Source: Camelus dromedarius
Lineage: Eukaryota
Direction of reading: 5' to 3'
DNA length: 64,000 nt
Assembly: GCF_036321535.1 (NCBI RefSeq)
Contig: NC_087437.1
Span: 85,066,001-85,130,000, forward strand
Positions 25,146 to 36,762 of the stretch are shown here, piece by piece. The number at the start of each line of letters is the position of its first letter. Position 1 is the first letter of the stretch. The position numbers were made by a program, and so were the translations under genes. The notes under the pieces were generated by a model, which saw only the letters and a list, made by a program, of their open reading frames with translations, ran no database searches and had not been told where the DNA came from.

Positions 25146-27679
25146 ATTGATCTATGTGTCTGTTTTTGTGCCAGTAATGTATGTTTTGATTACTGTAGAT
25201 AGTGTAGTCTGAAGCTTGATTCCTTCATTTCCTTTCTTCTTTCTCAAGATTGTTTTGGCTGTTCAGGGTCTTTTGTGTTTCCATACAAATTTTAAAAATT
25301 TGTGTTCCAGTTCTGTGAAAAATGTCATTGGCAATTTGATAAGGATTCCACTGAATCTGTATATTGCCTTGGGCAATATGGCCATTTTAACAGTTTGAGT
25401 CTTCCAACCCAAGAGCACAGTATAGCTTCTCATCTGTGTTATCTTCAATTTCTTTCATCACTGTCTTATAGTTTTTGGAGTACAGGTCCTTTGCCTCCTT
25501 AGGTAGGATTATTCCTAGGTATTTTATTTCTTTTGATGCAATGGTAAATGGAATTGTTTCCTTAATTTCTTTTTCTGCTTTTTTATTGTTAGTATATAGA
25601 AATGCAACTGATTTCTGTATATTAATTTTGTATCCTGCAACTTTACTGAATTCATTGATGAGATCTAGTAGTTTTCTGGTAGCCTCTGTAGGATTTTTTA
25701 TTTATAGTATTATGTCATCTGCAAACAGTGACAGTTGTACTTCTTCTTTTCCAATTTAGATTCCTTTTATTTCTTTTTCTTCTCTGATTGCTGTGGGTAG
25801 GACTTCCAAAACTATATTGAATAAAAGTGGTAAGAGTGAACATCCTTGTCTTGTTCCTGATCTTAGAGGAAATGCTTTCAGTTTTTCACCATTTAGTACA
25901 GTGTTAGCTGTGGGTTTGTCATATATGGCCTTTATTATGTTGAGGTATGTCCACTCTATGCCCACTTTCTGGAGAGTTTTTATAATAATTGGATGTCAAA
26001 CTTTATCAAAAGCCTTTTCTGCATCTATTGAGGTGATCATATTGTTTTCATTCTTCAATTTGTTAATGTAGTAGATCACATTGATCGTTTTGTGGACATT
26101 GAAAAAACCTTGCATCCCTGGGATAAATCCCACTTGATCATGGTGTATGATCTTTTGAATGTACTATTGGAGTCAATTTGCTAGTATTTTGTTGAGGATT
26201 TTTGCATCTATTTTCATAAGTGAAATTGATCTATAATTTTCTTTTTTGTGATATATTTGTCTGGTTTTGTGTCAGGGTGATAGTGGCCACATAGAATGAA
26301 TTGGGAAATGTTTCTTCCCCTGCAATTTTCTGGAACAGTTTCAGAAGGATAGGTGTTAACTCTTCTCTAAAGGTTTGGTATTCTACCCCTGTGAAGCCAT
26401 CTGCTCCTGGACTTTTGTTTTGGGAGTTTTTTTTTTTTCTTCTTCTTAATTACTGATTCCATTTCAGTGCTGGTAATTTGTCTGTTCATGTTTTCTGTTA
26501 CTTCCTGATTCAGTCTTTGGAGGTTGTACCTTTCTAAGAAGCTGTCTGTTTCTTCTAGGTTGTCCATTTTGTTAGCATATAGTTGCTCTCAGTAACCTCT
26601 TTGACCTTTGTATTTCTGTGGTGTTGGTTATAATTTCTTTTTCATTTCTGATTTTATTAATTTGGGCCCTCTCCCTTTTTTTCTTGATGAGTCTGACTAA
26701 AGGTTTATTGATTTTGTTTATCTTTTCAAAGAACCAGCTTTTAGTTTCACTGAGCCTTCCTATTTTTTTTTTAGTCTCTATTTCACTTATTTCTGTTCTA
26801 ATCTTTATGATTTCTTTCCTTTTACTAACTTTGCATTTTTTTTGTTCTTCTTTCTCTAGTTGCCTTAGGTGTAAACTTAAGTTGTTTGTTTGAGATTTTT
26901 CTTGATTCCTGAGATAAACTTGTATTGCTATAAACTTCCCTCTGAGAACTTCTTTTTCTGTGTCCCAGAGGTTTTGGATCATCGTATTTTCATTTTCATT
27001 TGTGTCTAAGTTTTTTTTTTTGATTTCCATTTTGATTTCTTTAGTGATCCATTGGTTGTTTAGTAGCATATTGTTTAGCCTCCACATTTTTTTGTCTTTT
27101 ACAGTTCTTTTTCTTATAGTTGATTTCAAATTTCATCACATTGTGGTTAGAAAAGATGTTTGATATGATTTCAGTTTTCTTAAATTTATGGAAGCTTGCT
27201 TTGTGGGCCAATATGTGATCTAGCCTCCAGAATGTTCTGTGTCACTTCAGAAAAATGTATATTCTGATACTTTTGGAAATAATGCTCTGTAAATATCAAT
27301 TAAGTCCATCTGGTCTGTTGTATCATTTAAGGCCTGTGTTTCCTTATTGATTTTCTGTCTGGATAATCTGTCCATTGATGTAAGTGGGGTATGAATGTTG
27401 CCTACTATTATTGTGTTGCTGTCAGTTTCTACTTTTATGTCTGTTAACAGTTGCCTCATATATTGAGGTGCTCCTTTGTTGGGTGCATATATGTTTATAA
27501 TTATTACATCATCTTTTTTGATTGATCCCTTGAGCATTATATAGTGTCCTTCTTTGTGTCTTATAATAGTCTTTATTTTAAAGTCGATTTTGCCTGATAT
27601 AAGTATTGCGAATCGAGCTTTTTTTTTTTTTTTTATTTCTATTGTGTGGAATACCTTTTTCCATCTCCTTCCTTTCAGT
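25146..27679 (-). mobile_element. LINE-1 ORF2 (endonuclease to reverse transcriptase), frameshifted; inverted segment of a twin-primed insertion
   Basis: ORF-track peptides are L1 ORF2p: EN (GHYIMLKGSI, NIYAPN.GAP, TIIVG), linker (WRLNNMLLNNQW, KSWFFEKINKI), RT ([35 protein letters not shown] at about 25712-25728, ILPKAIYRF). Multiple stops and frameshifts. Confidence 0.97.
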
Positions 27680-28621
27680 CCAGAAATCAACCCATGCCCT
27701 TATGGTGAATTAATCAACAACAGAGGAGGGAAGATTATACATTAGAGAAAAGAGAAGTCTCTTCAATAAGTGGTGCTGGGAAAACTGGACAGCTACATGT
27801 AAAAGAATGAAGTTAGAACATTCTCAACACCATATGCAAAAATAAATTCAAAATGGATTAAAGATCTAAATGTAAGACTGGATACTATAAAATTCCTAGT
27901 GAAAAACCTAGGCAGAACATTCTTTGACATAAATTTCAGCAATATTTTTTTGAATCGGCTCCTAAAGTAATAGAAATAGAAGCAAAAATAAACAAATGGA
28001 ACCTAATTAGACTTAAAAGCTTTTGCACAGCAAAGGAAACCATAAACAAAACAAAAAGACAACCTACACAATGGGGGAAAATATTTTCAAATGACATGAC
28101 TGATGAGGGACTAATTTCCAAATTATACAAAGAGCTCATGTAGCTTACTATCAAAAAAAAAGCAACCCTTTCAAAAGATGGGTAGAAGACCTAAAAAGAC
28201 ATTTCTCCAAAGAAAACATCCAGATGGCCGATAGGCTTGAAAAGATGCTAATTATTAGAGAAATGCAAATCAAAACTTCAATGAGGTATCGTCTCACACC
28301 AATCAGAATGTCCATCATTAAAAAAGCTACAAGTAATAAATTCTGGAGAGGATGTGGAGAAAAGGGAACCCAGTCCCTGTCCCACTGTTGGTGGGAGTGT
28401 AATTGGTGCACCCACTATGGAGGACAGTATGGAGGCTCCTTAAAAAACTAAAAATAGACTTATTATGATCCAGCAATCCCATTCCTGGGCATACACCCAG
28501 AGCAAACTATAATTTGAAAGGGCATATGCACCCCAATGTTCATAGCAGCACTATTTACAATAGCCAAGACATGGAAACAACCTAAATGTCTGTCAACAGA
28601 TGTCTGGATAAAATAGATGTG

Positions 28622-28671
<50 letters not shown>

Positions 28672-28952
28672 GAATCTTACTCAGCCATAAAAAAGAATGA
28701 AATAATGCCACTTGCAGCAACATGGATAGACCTAGAGGTTATCATATTAAGTAAGTCAGACAGAGAAAGACAAATATATGATATCACTTATATGCAGAAT
28801 CTAAAAAAAAAATGATACAAATTCTACATACAAACCAAAAACCTACTCATGGACATAGAAAGTAAACTATGGTTACCAAGGGGGAAAGGGTGGGGAAGGA
28901 TAAATTAGGGGTTGGGGATTAACAGACACACATTACTATAAAAAAATAAAAA
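27680..28952 (+). mobile_element. LINE-1 ORF2 C-terminus plus partial 3' UTR; non-inverted segment
   Basis: [19 protein letters not shown]...WRGCGEKGT...HCWWECNW (L1 ORF2p cysteine-rich C-terminal region); G-rich 3' UTR tract; A-rich tail; candidate TSD ending tttattga (to 25150 and to 28969). Confidence 0.96.
28624..28668. repeat. (CA)n microsatellite inside the L1 3' region
   Basis: About 22 uninterrupted AC units. Confidence 0.97.
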
Positions 28953-31900
28953 TTAGAAAAGTTTATTGAACATTTAAGGACAGTTTGTAAACTAGAATCT
29001 TTCAAGTTTAAAACTAATAGAAATCTCAGGGGCATGATGTTAGAAGATAGGTTATAAAGTAAAACTGAGGAAGTTGTTTAACCTTTATAGTGATTGGCTA
29101 TTACAGTGAGGGTTTTCAGATAGTAGAGGATGGTTAAAACTGATTATTTTGTACCATTTGGGGGTAGATGACAATTTTCTTTTATGATCATCAGAGGCAT
29201 TTACAAGAAGTAACCTAAGTTTCACTTAGTTCTATGAAACAAGCTAGATTTAGTGTTGTATATGTAGCTTAAATGGTTTTGTCTGCTCTGGGAATTCTTG
29301 GATCTAGTCTTTATTTTGTATTTAATTTTAACAAAGGAATCAATGTCTGAAAAATGAATAGAAGGATATGAAAAATTTAACTTGTGCTAATTGAGCTAGA
29401 GATGGGGTTGGAATAATGAGATCTTAGCATTTGGAAGCTTAAAGACAAATTTAAATTTATAGGCAAAATATTAGGGGACTTAATTTCAGTTTCATTTATA
29501 TTATAAAGAACCTACTATGAGCCAGGCAGCCAGGCACTCCTGTGGGCTTTGAGAAGCCTAGAAAAAATACACTATTCCTTCTATGAAAATAACTGACAAT
29601 TTTTTTTTTGATGATTTCAGTGTAACATGGTTAGAAATATTCCTAGGAAGATACAGGAGTCAAAAGGAGTGGCACAGAGCACAACTTGGGATTTCCAAGA
29701 CCGCCATCCAGTAGGAAATGTTACCTCTGTTGCTTTGCGAAGAAAGAGGTGCAGTCAGCCTAGTAAGAGAGAGGGAACACATGTTAAATTTAGAAATGCT
29801 AACCACCGAAGGTGGTAGAGGGGCCCCTTGAGACCTCCTGCTACACGTCTTTCACTTCTTGTCCAGGAGCTGTGATTAAGACAGCAGAATCTCTTTTAGA
29901 TACCTTTCATGGTCAGAAAGCTTGTACCTTAAGTTGTGTGCTCTCAACATTCCTTCTTTATGGTTCCTGTTTCATGGGTATGAATCTCTCTATCCCCACC
30001 TCCTCTTTGAAACTGCTCTTTCCTCCAGTAAAATTTCCTCCTTAAACTCTGTGCTCTCCCTGTTTCCTTGCTATGGTCTGAGGGTGATTTGTCTGACTTC
30101 AATTAACAGTGATGGAATGATTGAAGAGGGAGGGATTTATCCTGGTGATTTTAAAAAAAGTTTTAAAACACAGTTATCTTTACAATTCACAAGAAAAAAA
30201 AATATTTCTGTGACCATATTATCCATGAAGTGAACAGTGCTCCAGAAAGGTATGATGCCTATTTCCGTGCAGCTGGTAAGTGTTTTTGACCTAGCAGGAG
30301 AGTACAATAACCTAGACTGAATCACTTGGCTTCTATATGTCTAAGTTGGAGTCGGGATGCAGTGAGATGGATCGTCTAAGAAAAACCCTTTGGCCATCAC
30401 TGCAAGCTAGGCAGATGCAGTCAAGCTGTTGATGTAAAAACCTCACCTTCAAATGCAAGAGTAGATGTGCTGGCATATAAGGAATCTTTTATGTCTAAGA
30501 GTATGCTATTTCACTCATTTACAGTAAAGAGAGGAATTTCAAGAAAATGGGAAAGGGCTCAGGGACCAAAAATATGTTTAGGGCCTCCATTTAAGGCCTC
30601 GGGAAGAAGTGCTGTATGGGAAGAAGAGTACATAAGCAGGTGGTCCAGTGGCAACTCAGGCCCTGGGGCTCAGCAGGCTAGGAGTCACCAGGCTGTGTTC
30701 CCTCTGCATTATCCCTCGCTAACACTGTGACCCACGTCCTTCCCATCTGAAGTGGAGTAGGTCCCTGCTCGGGTCATTCCTTGTGTCGTGGGTTCTATGT
30801 CAGGAAGGAGTTAGTCTGCAGTACAATTAGGGTGGCTCTAGGACCCCAGAGTTTGTCAGTTACTAGATCTTTACCCGCTGGAAACAAAACCTGAATTCTT
30901 GAATGTGTAAGGGATATCAGGGAAGACATTTCCTAGCCTGAAATGTCCTCAGATTGCCATTCATTTGGGTTACAGGATGGAGCCAGTCTGTCATGCGTTG
31001 CTCAGGAGAAGCCATAGGTTACTTTAGGGACGTGGGTCATCTTCGTGTTGGGTTACTTCTCTTTTCACTCATATGCTCCCACTACAAGGGGCTTTTTCAG
31101 TGTCTTAAACAAACCAAATTCTTTCTCACAACAGCATCTTCACAATTTCTACATCTGATATTTTCTCTCTCTGCTTATTTACCTGACAGACTCCTTATTT
31201 ATCAAAGCTTAGATGAGCAATGGCCCCAGTGAATTCTTCCCAGCTTACCTTGGGGAATATCTGGGCATCAGTTCCCCTGTATCACACCCACTCTATGGAT
31301 TATTAAATCTATTGTATTTTATTTTAATGGAATCTTCAAAATACCAAGCTTTTTATTTTTATTTTTTTACCTGTATTTTAATATATTTCTACCACCTATC
31401 ATAGTAAGTATTCCATTTTTAAAAAATCCAAATGCCTTGAACTTAGTAATGCTTCAAGAAATATTTTTAAATTTAAATATGGATTCCTAACCATAATGAA
31501 ACCTGATTCTGACTCTTTAAAATAAAATGTACATATATGGAGAATGCTGCAAACTGAATACAAATGTTCAGTTCATTCCTACTGTATTTCCTATGTAGTA
31601 TATTATGATATAAGAATATGTAATTTTTTGTCCAGTCATAAGGAAAATGATAAAAAACATTTCAGATGGTCATGTATCAGCAGAATCTCATTTAAAATTT
31701 GATTTGCAGTAGGGAAATTAACTTCTATAAACCCTATTTAATCCAAAAATAAAAAGTATTGCCATTTCCTTTGATTAAACTAAGACATGAAATATACATA
31801 AGAAATGCAGGACAAAGTAAACACTTAGTAAATTGTATGTATTGACATTGTTTTATCCTGTTTGTTAGTTTATATACAAAATTTTACTAACTATAAACTA

Positions 31901-32936
31901 CTCCAGGAAACCCATGTCTCTTTACTCCTGGGTCCTCTACAACCAACACAGTATGGCCATATAGTAAGTTAATTTAGGCAATTTGGAAAAGTTAGATCAA
32001 AACTAATGTAAACAGGGGTAAATGCTAGGAATTATGGAATTTTTTCTTGTGACAACTAATGAACAGTGGTTTTAAGAAACCAAGAACTTTGTTTTTCATC
32101 TTTGGTGAAACATGTTATTTTTGCTGCTTGCTTAAAAAAAATCCAGTTTTGCAATTGTCATTCTCCAAATATTAATAAATATTTTAATTAAACTATATAA
32201 CAGTGGAACTGAAAAATAAATTTTAGGAAGAAGATACAAGCAGACTGTTTGGCAATGCAAACAGGGGAGTGATATATAAATAAGCTTCATTTCATAATAT
32301 ATCTTACAGGATTAGATGGTATAATACTTGTACATAATTATTACTATGATAGATATGTAGTAATTCTTTTAGAGTAACTTTTGGCATGAAGTCTAGTGCT
32401 GAGGTAAAGAATCCAGTAGGGAGGGTGTATAGACATTGATTGTGAGTTATCCTTGATATAAAAGGAAAATGGACAGTTTATCCCATCACTAAACTTCCTA
32501 CATATGGACACTCAAATTCACTTCTCAATTACAGTATCTTAATGACCATTGCAATGAAAGAAAAAATGCTGCCAATTAATCTGTTTGTTGCGCTCAAAGG
32601 AGGATTCCTGGTGGCCTAGGCATTTTCATTCTGTATAGATGTGGATGACAACAGATGTGACGGTAGTGATTTATCTCAGTTTATGACTTATTTGCTGCTG
32701 AGCTTCAGATTTCAGTTAATACTTTCAAGCAAGAAATCAAATGTGGCAAAGTGACTATGCTGATACGGTGTTTGCACTATGTTAGTTTTGTACCTATTGG
32801 TAAGCTTCAATAATTAAAGATAAATGAAGAAGATACACCTTCTTTCCTACAATATCACCACCAGGTAACACATTAAAAGGAAAGCAAATATGAGACCTAT
32901 TTTTAAAAATCAATTTAACCATTTATTAAAAAACAG

Positions 32937-32938
<2 letters not shown>

Positions 32939-32970
<32 letters not shown>
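32939..32970. repeat. (CA)n microsatellite
   Basis: About 16 CA units. Confidence 0.95.
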
Positions 32971-32971
<1 letters not shown>

Positions 32972-33169
32972 CCCCTCCACACATATATGCACCAACCTTA
33001 CAATCTCTTCCAGAAACCTTTTGTAGTCACATGCTCTGTTCTTGTAGACACTACCAAGCACCTAGTTAAAAAAAAAAAAAAAAAGTTTTGTTTAAGGCAA
33101 AAGGATGATGTTTAATTTGTAAAATTCAGTAAAACTTTATTAGAGAAAGCTTATCTTAGACCAAGGATA

Positions 33170-35412
33170 ATTTCCATGGAGGTACTCAGTTGTGTGCCCT
33201 CAGTAGCCAATATTTCCAGCAGCTGGGGTATGAGTGCCTCAGTCTTGAAGGGGAATGTAAGTAAAACGTGGAAATATGCACTGCAGCCTACACTTTGAAA
33301 TACTTGAATCCACTTGTATAGTATAAATTCGATACATCTAGGAAGGCATCTCCAGGCATTTTGGTTAGTCTCTTTCTGAGGAAACTTTAAAAAAGTAAAT
33401 TTAGTGGGGAAAACTACAGTCCTCACTACTACAGCTGCTTTCAAGATACTCATTATTTCTTCTTCTAATATCAAATCTAAATTCCCCTAAGCTCTCATCT
33501 CTGCGGATCTAAGTGGCTTACCTGATGGAGCAGCCAGACTCCCTTCTCTGTGGTGTCCTAGCTTGTCATCCCCAACCCTTTCTCATGCTGTGACTGCTGC
33601 ACTAAGTGATTTAAAATTGGTCAAGGGAGTACCAAGAGATGGCCCAGAAACTCACCTAGATGAATGATGTGCTGACAAAGGCCAATGTTTAACACCCAGC
33701 TCTCTGAAAGGAAAGAAAATCAAATCCCTGCTTCAAAGTATTTGCTGATTTCTATAGAAAAATTATCCAACCATGGCTGGTTGAAAGCTACAAATGTTGC
33801 ATAACTGAATGAGGAGCTGGGAAAAGACTCTCACAACAGGCTTTGATGAGCAGGCTGGAGAGCCCACACCAGCACACCACTGTCCTGATGCCAGGCATCT
33901 TCCTGCCTGCCCACTGTGTAGCAGCTGCTGTACTTCCTTCTGATGATCAGAGTCAATTATCTGCCAGGGTAATGTCTTCTTTCCTTGCCTGCTGGTCCCC
34001 TGGCACAAAGAGCCTAGATAATTGGGTGGCAGCTGTAGCATAAAGTTTAATTCTTGCTCTGTCCACTGACAGAAAAGATCCCCCTCTGAGAAAGAGGAAC
34101 ATTAAATCTTCTGAGTCTAGAATGCAAAGGCAGGAAGCAAACATCCCCTAATACATCACAAGGAGTTGCCAGACCTTGTGTTCTACCTTTTGGGGGCACA
34201 GTACTAGACGGTTGCTAATGAGGAAAGCAGCTAATCCTCTCAAAGAAGCATCTCCAAGCTGGCACCACAGCAATGTCTTTAAAGGCTTATACAGCTCTAT
34301 CAGAGTGGCAGATTTTCAGAAATGTAGCATGTGGGAAAAGTAAATCCCATAATCAAGTATGCAATACCACACATCCCTTAAAGAAAGATAGTTTCCTTGG
34401 TCTATATTTATGTTACACAAGATTCTTTGTCAGTAAATCAAATACTCTGTAAGCTCTCAAACTGTGATACTGTCAGAAGAACCATGGGAAGGAAAGTAAA
34501 ATCTGTTTGTAGAAATACGTGTTTATTTCAGTTAAAGTGAAATCAGTACTCCTTCCAGTGGGGAAAGGATCTAATACAATTAACTCAACAGCAAATAGCA
34601 TCTTTACCTAAGAAACTAAATTTGGGGGTTACCGTTAGTCTCTGTTGCTGGCAAGTTTGACATTGGACAGCAGTATTAGTTAGGTCAGACTTGGTGACTA
34701 AGCTGTTAGGGCCATGCATATCCCCCACTTCTGCTCCCAAAGCTACCTTATTCATGAACCCATTGTAACAGCAAACCCAGCTCAAAGTGGCCCTATCCTG
34801 TTTCTAACCGGATAGAGTGGTTTTTCAGAGACAACAGAGAAAATCCATAAATCATGTCCATGTACAGATGAGAAAATTCTGATGCAATACCTGCAACCAA
34901 ATTTTTGCCCCTCCCATGGGACAAAAGGACCTGAATACAACTGGAACTTGCTCCCTTTCAGAAGTGAAGGGTCCTTTGCACAAGAAGATCCTGTGTTGAA
35001 GCCCCTTTACCACCTCACCATAAATGGCTGAGTTCCAAAGCCCTCCAGAGGAAACCTGCACCACCAGCACATCCACATACCAACCTGTCCTCCCTGACTC
35101 ATAGAAGTTTGACCATATCCTGGACTGGGGAGGTGAATTTGAGCCCTGCCTCCCATCTTATTGCCTATAAACACTGCTGTAAAGCCCTTTATTTTCTCAA
35201 AAGCCTGCGTCATAGTATTGGCTTCTGTACGCTTCAGGACACTAAGTGCCTTGTTTGGTACTACCATGTTCCAGCCTGCAGTGGTCAGTGGCAGATCACT
35301 GATGTCAGCTAGCAGAGTCATTCTGTCTGTCTGGTTGTTTTGTGGCTATTGTATGGTAGATGCTTTCTGGTGGGTGATGGCATATGATAAAATGATTTTC
35401 ACATTTTGTTGA
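33170..35412 (-). mobile_element. Decayed ERV-L (class III) internal remnant: RNase H C-terminus, integrase, dUTPase, then a probable LTR fragment
   Basis: Minus-strand translation gives NVKIILSYAITHQKAST...NNQTDRMT (RNase H end), QWVHE*GSFGSRSGGYAW and TKSDLTNTAVQCQTCQQQR (HHCC zinc finger), and LQLPPNYLG / QQARK / IIDSDHQKEVQQLLHSG (ERV-L dUTPase-like, cf. VIDPDYQ.EI.LLLHNG). dUTPase downstream of integrase is the ERV-L arrangement. Confidence 0.85.
34764..35263 (+). mobile_element. ERV1-type solo LTR nested in the ERV-L pol remnant
   Basis: Starts TGTAACAG, ends GGTACTA (terminal CA apparently mutated); exact 4-bp TSD ccat (34760-34763 / 35264-35267); removing it rejoins the RNase H-integrase junction. 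Confidence 0.8.
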
Positions 35413-36739
35413 AAGAACATTCAAGTTCAAATACATTCTTATATTAAAAAAAAAAAAAAAGAAAACTGTCATCTTCTTTTTAAGACTTCATAAGCCAAAG
35501 ATACTAACAGTTGAAAGCATCTTTCCACAGTAAGTGTATCAAATAAATCTATATTAAATATTAAGGATATTTCTGCTGGAAAATACTAAAATCATTTTTA
35601 TAACTTTGCTTCTAAACTTATTTGACTACAGGTTACATTAAATTCACAGTTGGATAACTTTTGGTCATCATTTTGCGTATTCAGAAGTTGTTTCAAAGTA
35701 GGAACAACAGAATTAAAATTGGTTTTCAAAGATTCTGATGTGTTTAAAAAACTGAGTAAGGCTTCTTATACCATGTTACTACTTCTTGTAGAGCTTTAAT
35801 ATTTTACATTATTTTGGTTATAAAACTAACACTAAAATTAACACTTTTTTTGTGTTCTGAAGAACATAATTCATTTCTCAGGCCCCAAACAGTTTTTTTA
35901 ATTTATGTGTTTGTGTGTTTGTTTTAGAATGGCATGAGTAGCTCTGAGTCTTATGCTGTGTGTGACTCACAGGTAGATTGTCCTCTTTGCAGTGATTATG
36001 GATTTCTCTCCACTTTATTCTTTTCTTCTCACTAATTAGTCACACTTTATTTTATTCATAACAAAAGTTTCCCATCATTTGACTTTATAGGTTTTTTTAT
36101 TTTCTGTACAATATTAAATATATTATAATGTAAGCTTGTTGGCATTGGCAAATTTATCAAACCTGAATGTTGCCTTTATAAAAATCCTCTTATAAATTCT
36201 AAAAAGTGATCTCTAAAATATGCATCTAGGTATTAATTCTCTGCAGTATATAATTTTTTTCTGAAGTCGGTTACCCCCCTTTTTACTGGTCTTGCGGTTT
36301 CTCTATTTGTGAGAATTAGTGTACTCAAAAGTAAAAAGATTTTCTGCAAAAACAGAGTGGGTTTGCTCTGAATTCATTCTTCCTTCGACTTGGTGTTTGG
36401 TGTCTTTAGGATGTAGGTTTGTTAATAGAATTCCTCTGGATAACCTACAGTGTGTGTGAAGATGTTCACATATATTATAAAACTCCCCATAAAACTGTCT
36501 CCAACTCTATAAGCCACATATTACTCATGTTCTTAAAATACAAAGATGAATAGTGCTATTATATAGGAAAGGTTTACTTTGGAGATCAGTAGTGATGACA
36601 AAAATATAAACTGCACACCACTGGTGTGCTTCAACTAGCAGTTTGTACAGTTAATTGGCAACATCAAAATATACCGATTAAAACACTGGGAATTAGCACT
36701 TCATTATGTCTTAGCCATGGCCATATGCAACTATATAAA

Positions 36740-36762
36740 TGTGTGTGTGTGTGTGTGTGTGT
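36740..36762. repeat. (TG)n microsatellite
   Basis: About 11 TG units. Confidence 0.9.

Larger units (their letters stand above)
25080..29333 (-). mobile_element. ERV1-type solo LTR in two pieces (about 25080-25150 and 28955-29333) interrupted by an L1
   Basis: Outer ends TGTCAAAA (25080) and TTTTAACA (29333); flanks aaga/aagg (3/4 TSD-like match); antisense AATAAA (tttatt) at the insertion site; antisense CCAAT (gattggc) near 29092. Confidence 0.55.

Noticed and set aside
25216..28723. Many ORFs, up to 185 aa, on both strands
   Set aside because: All are broken L1 ORF2 frames or their hydrophobic antisense shadows; not host genes and not an intact L1 (no ORF1 or 5' UTR).
34840..34870. Minus-strand T*FMD resembling the RNase H WFTDG motif
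   Set aside because: Falls inside the nested solo LTR bounded by the ccat TSD; coincidental.
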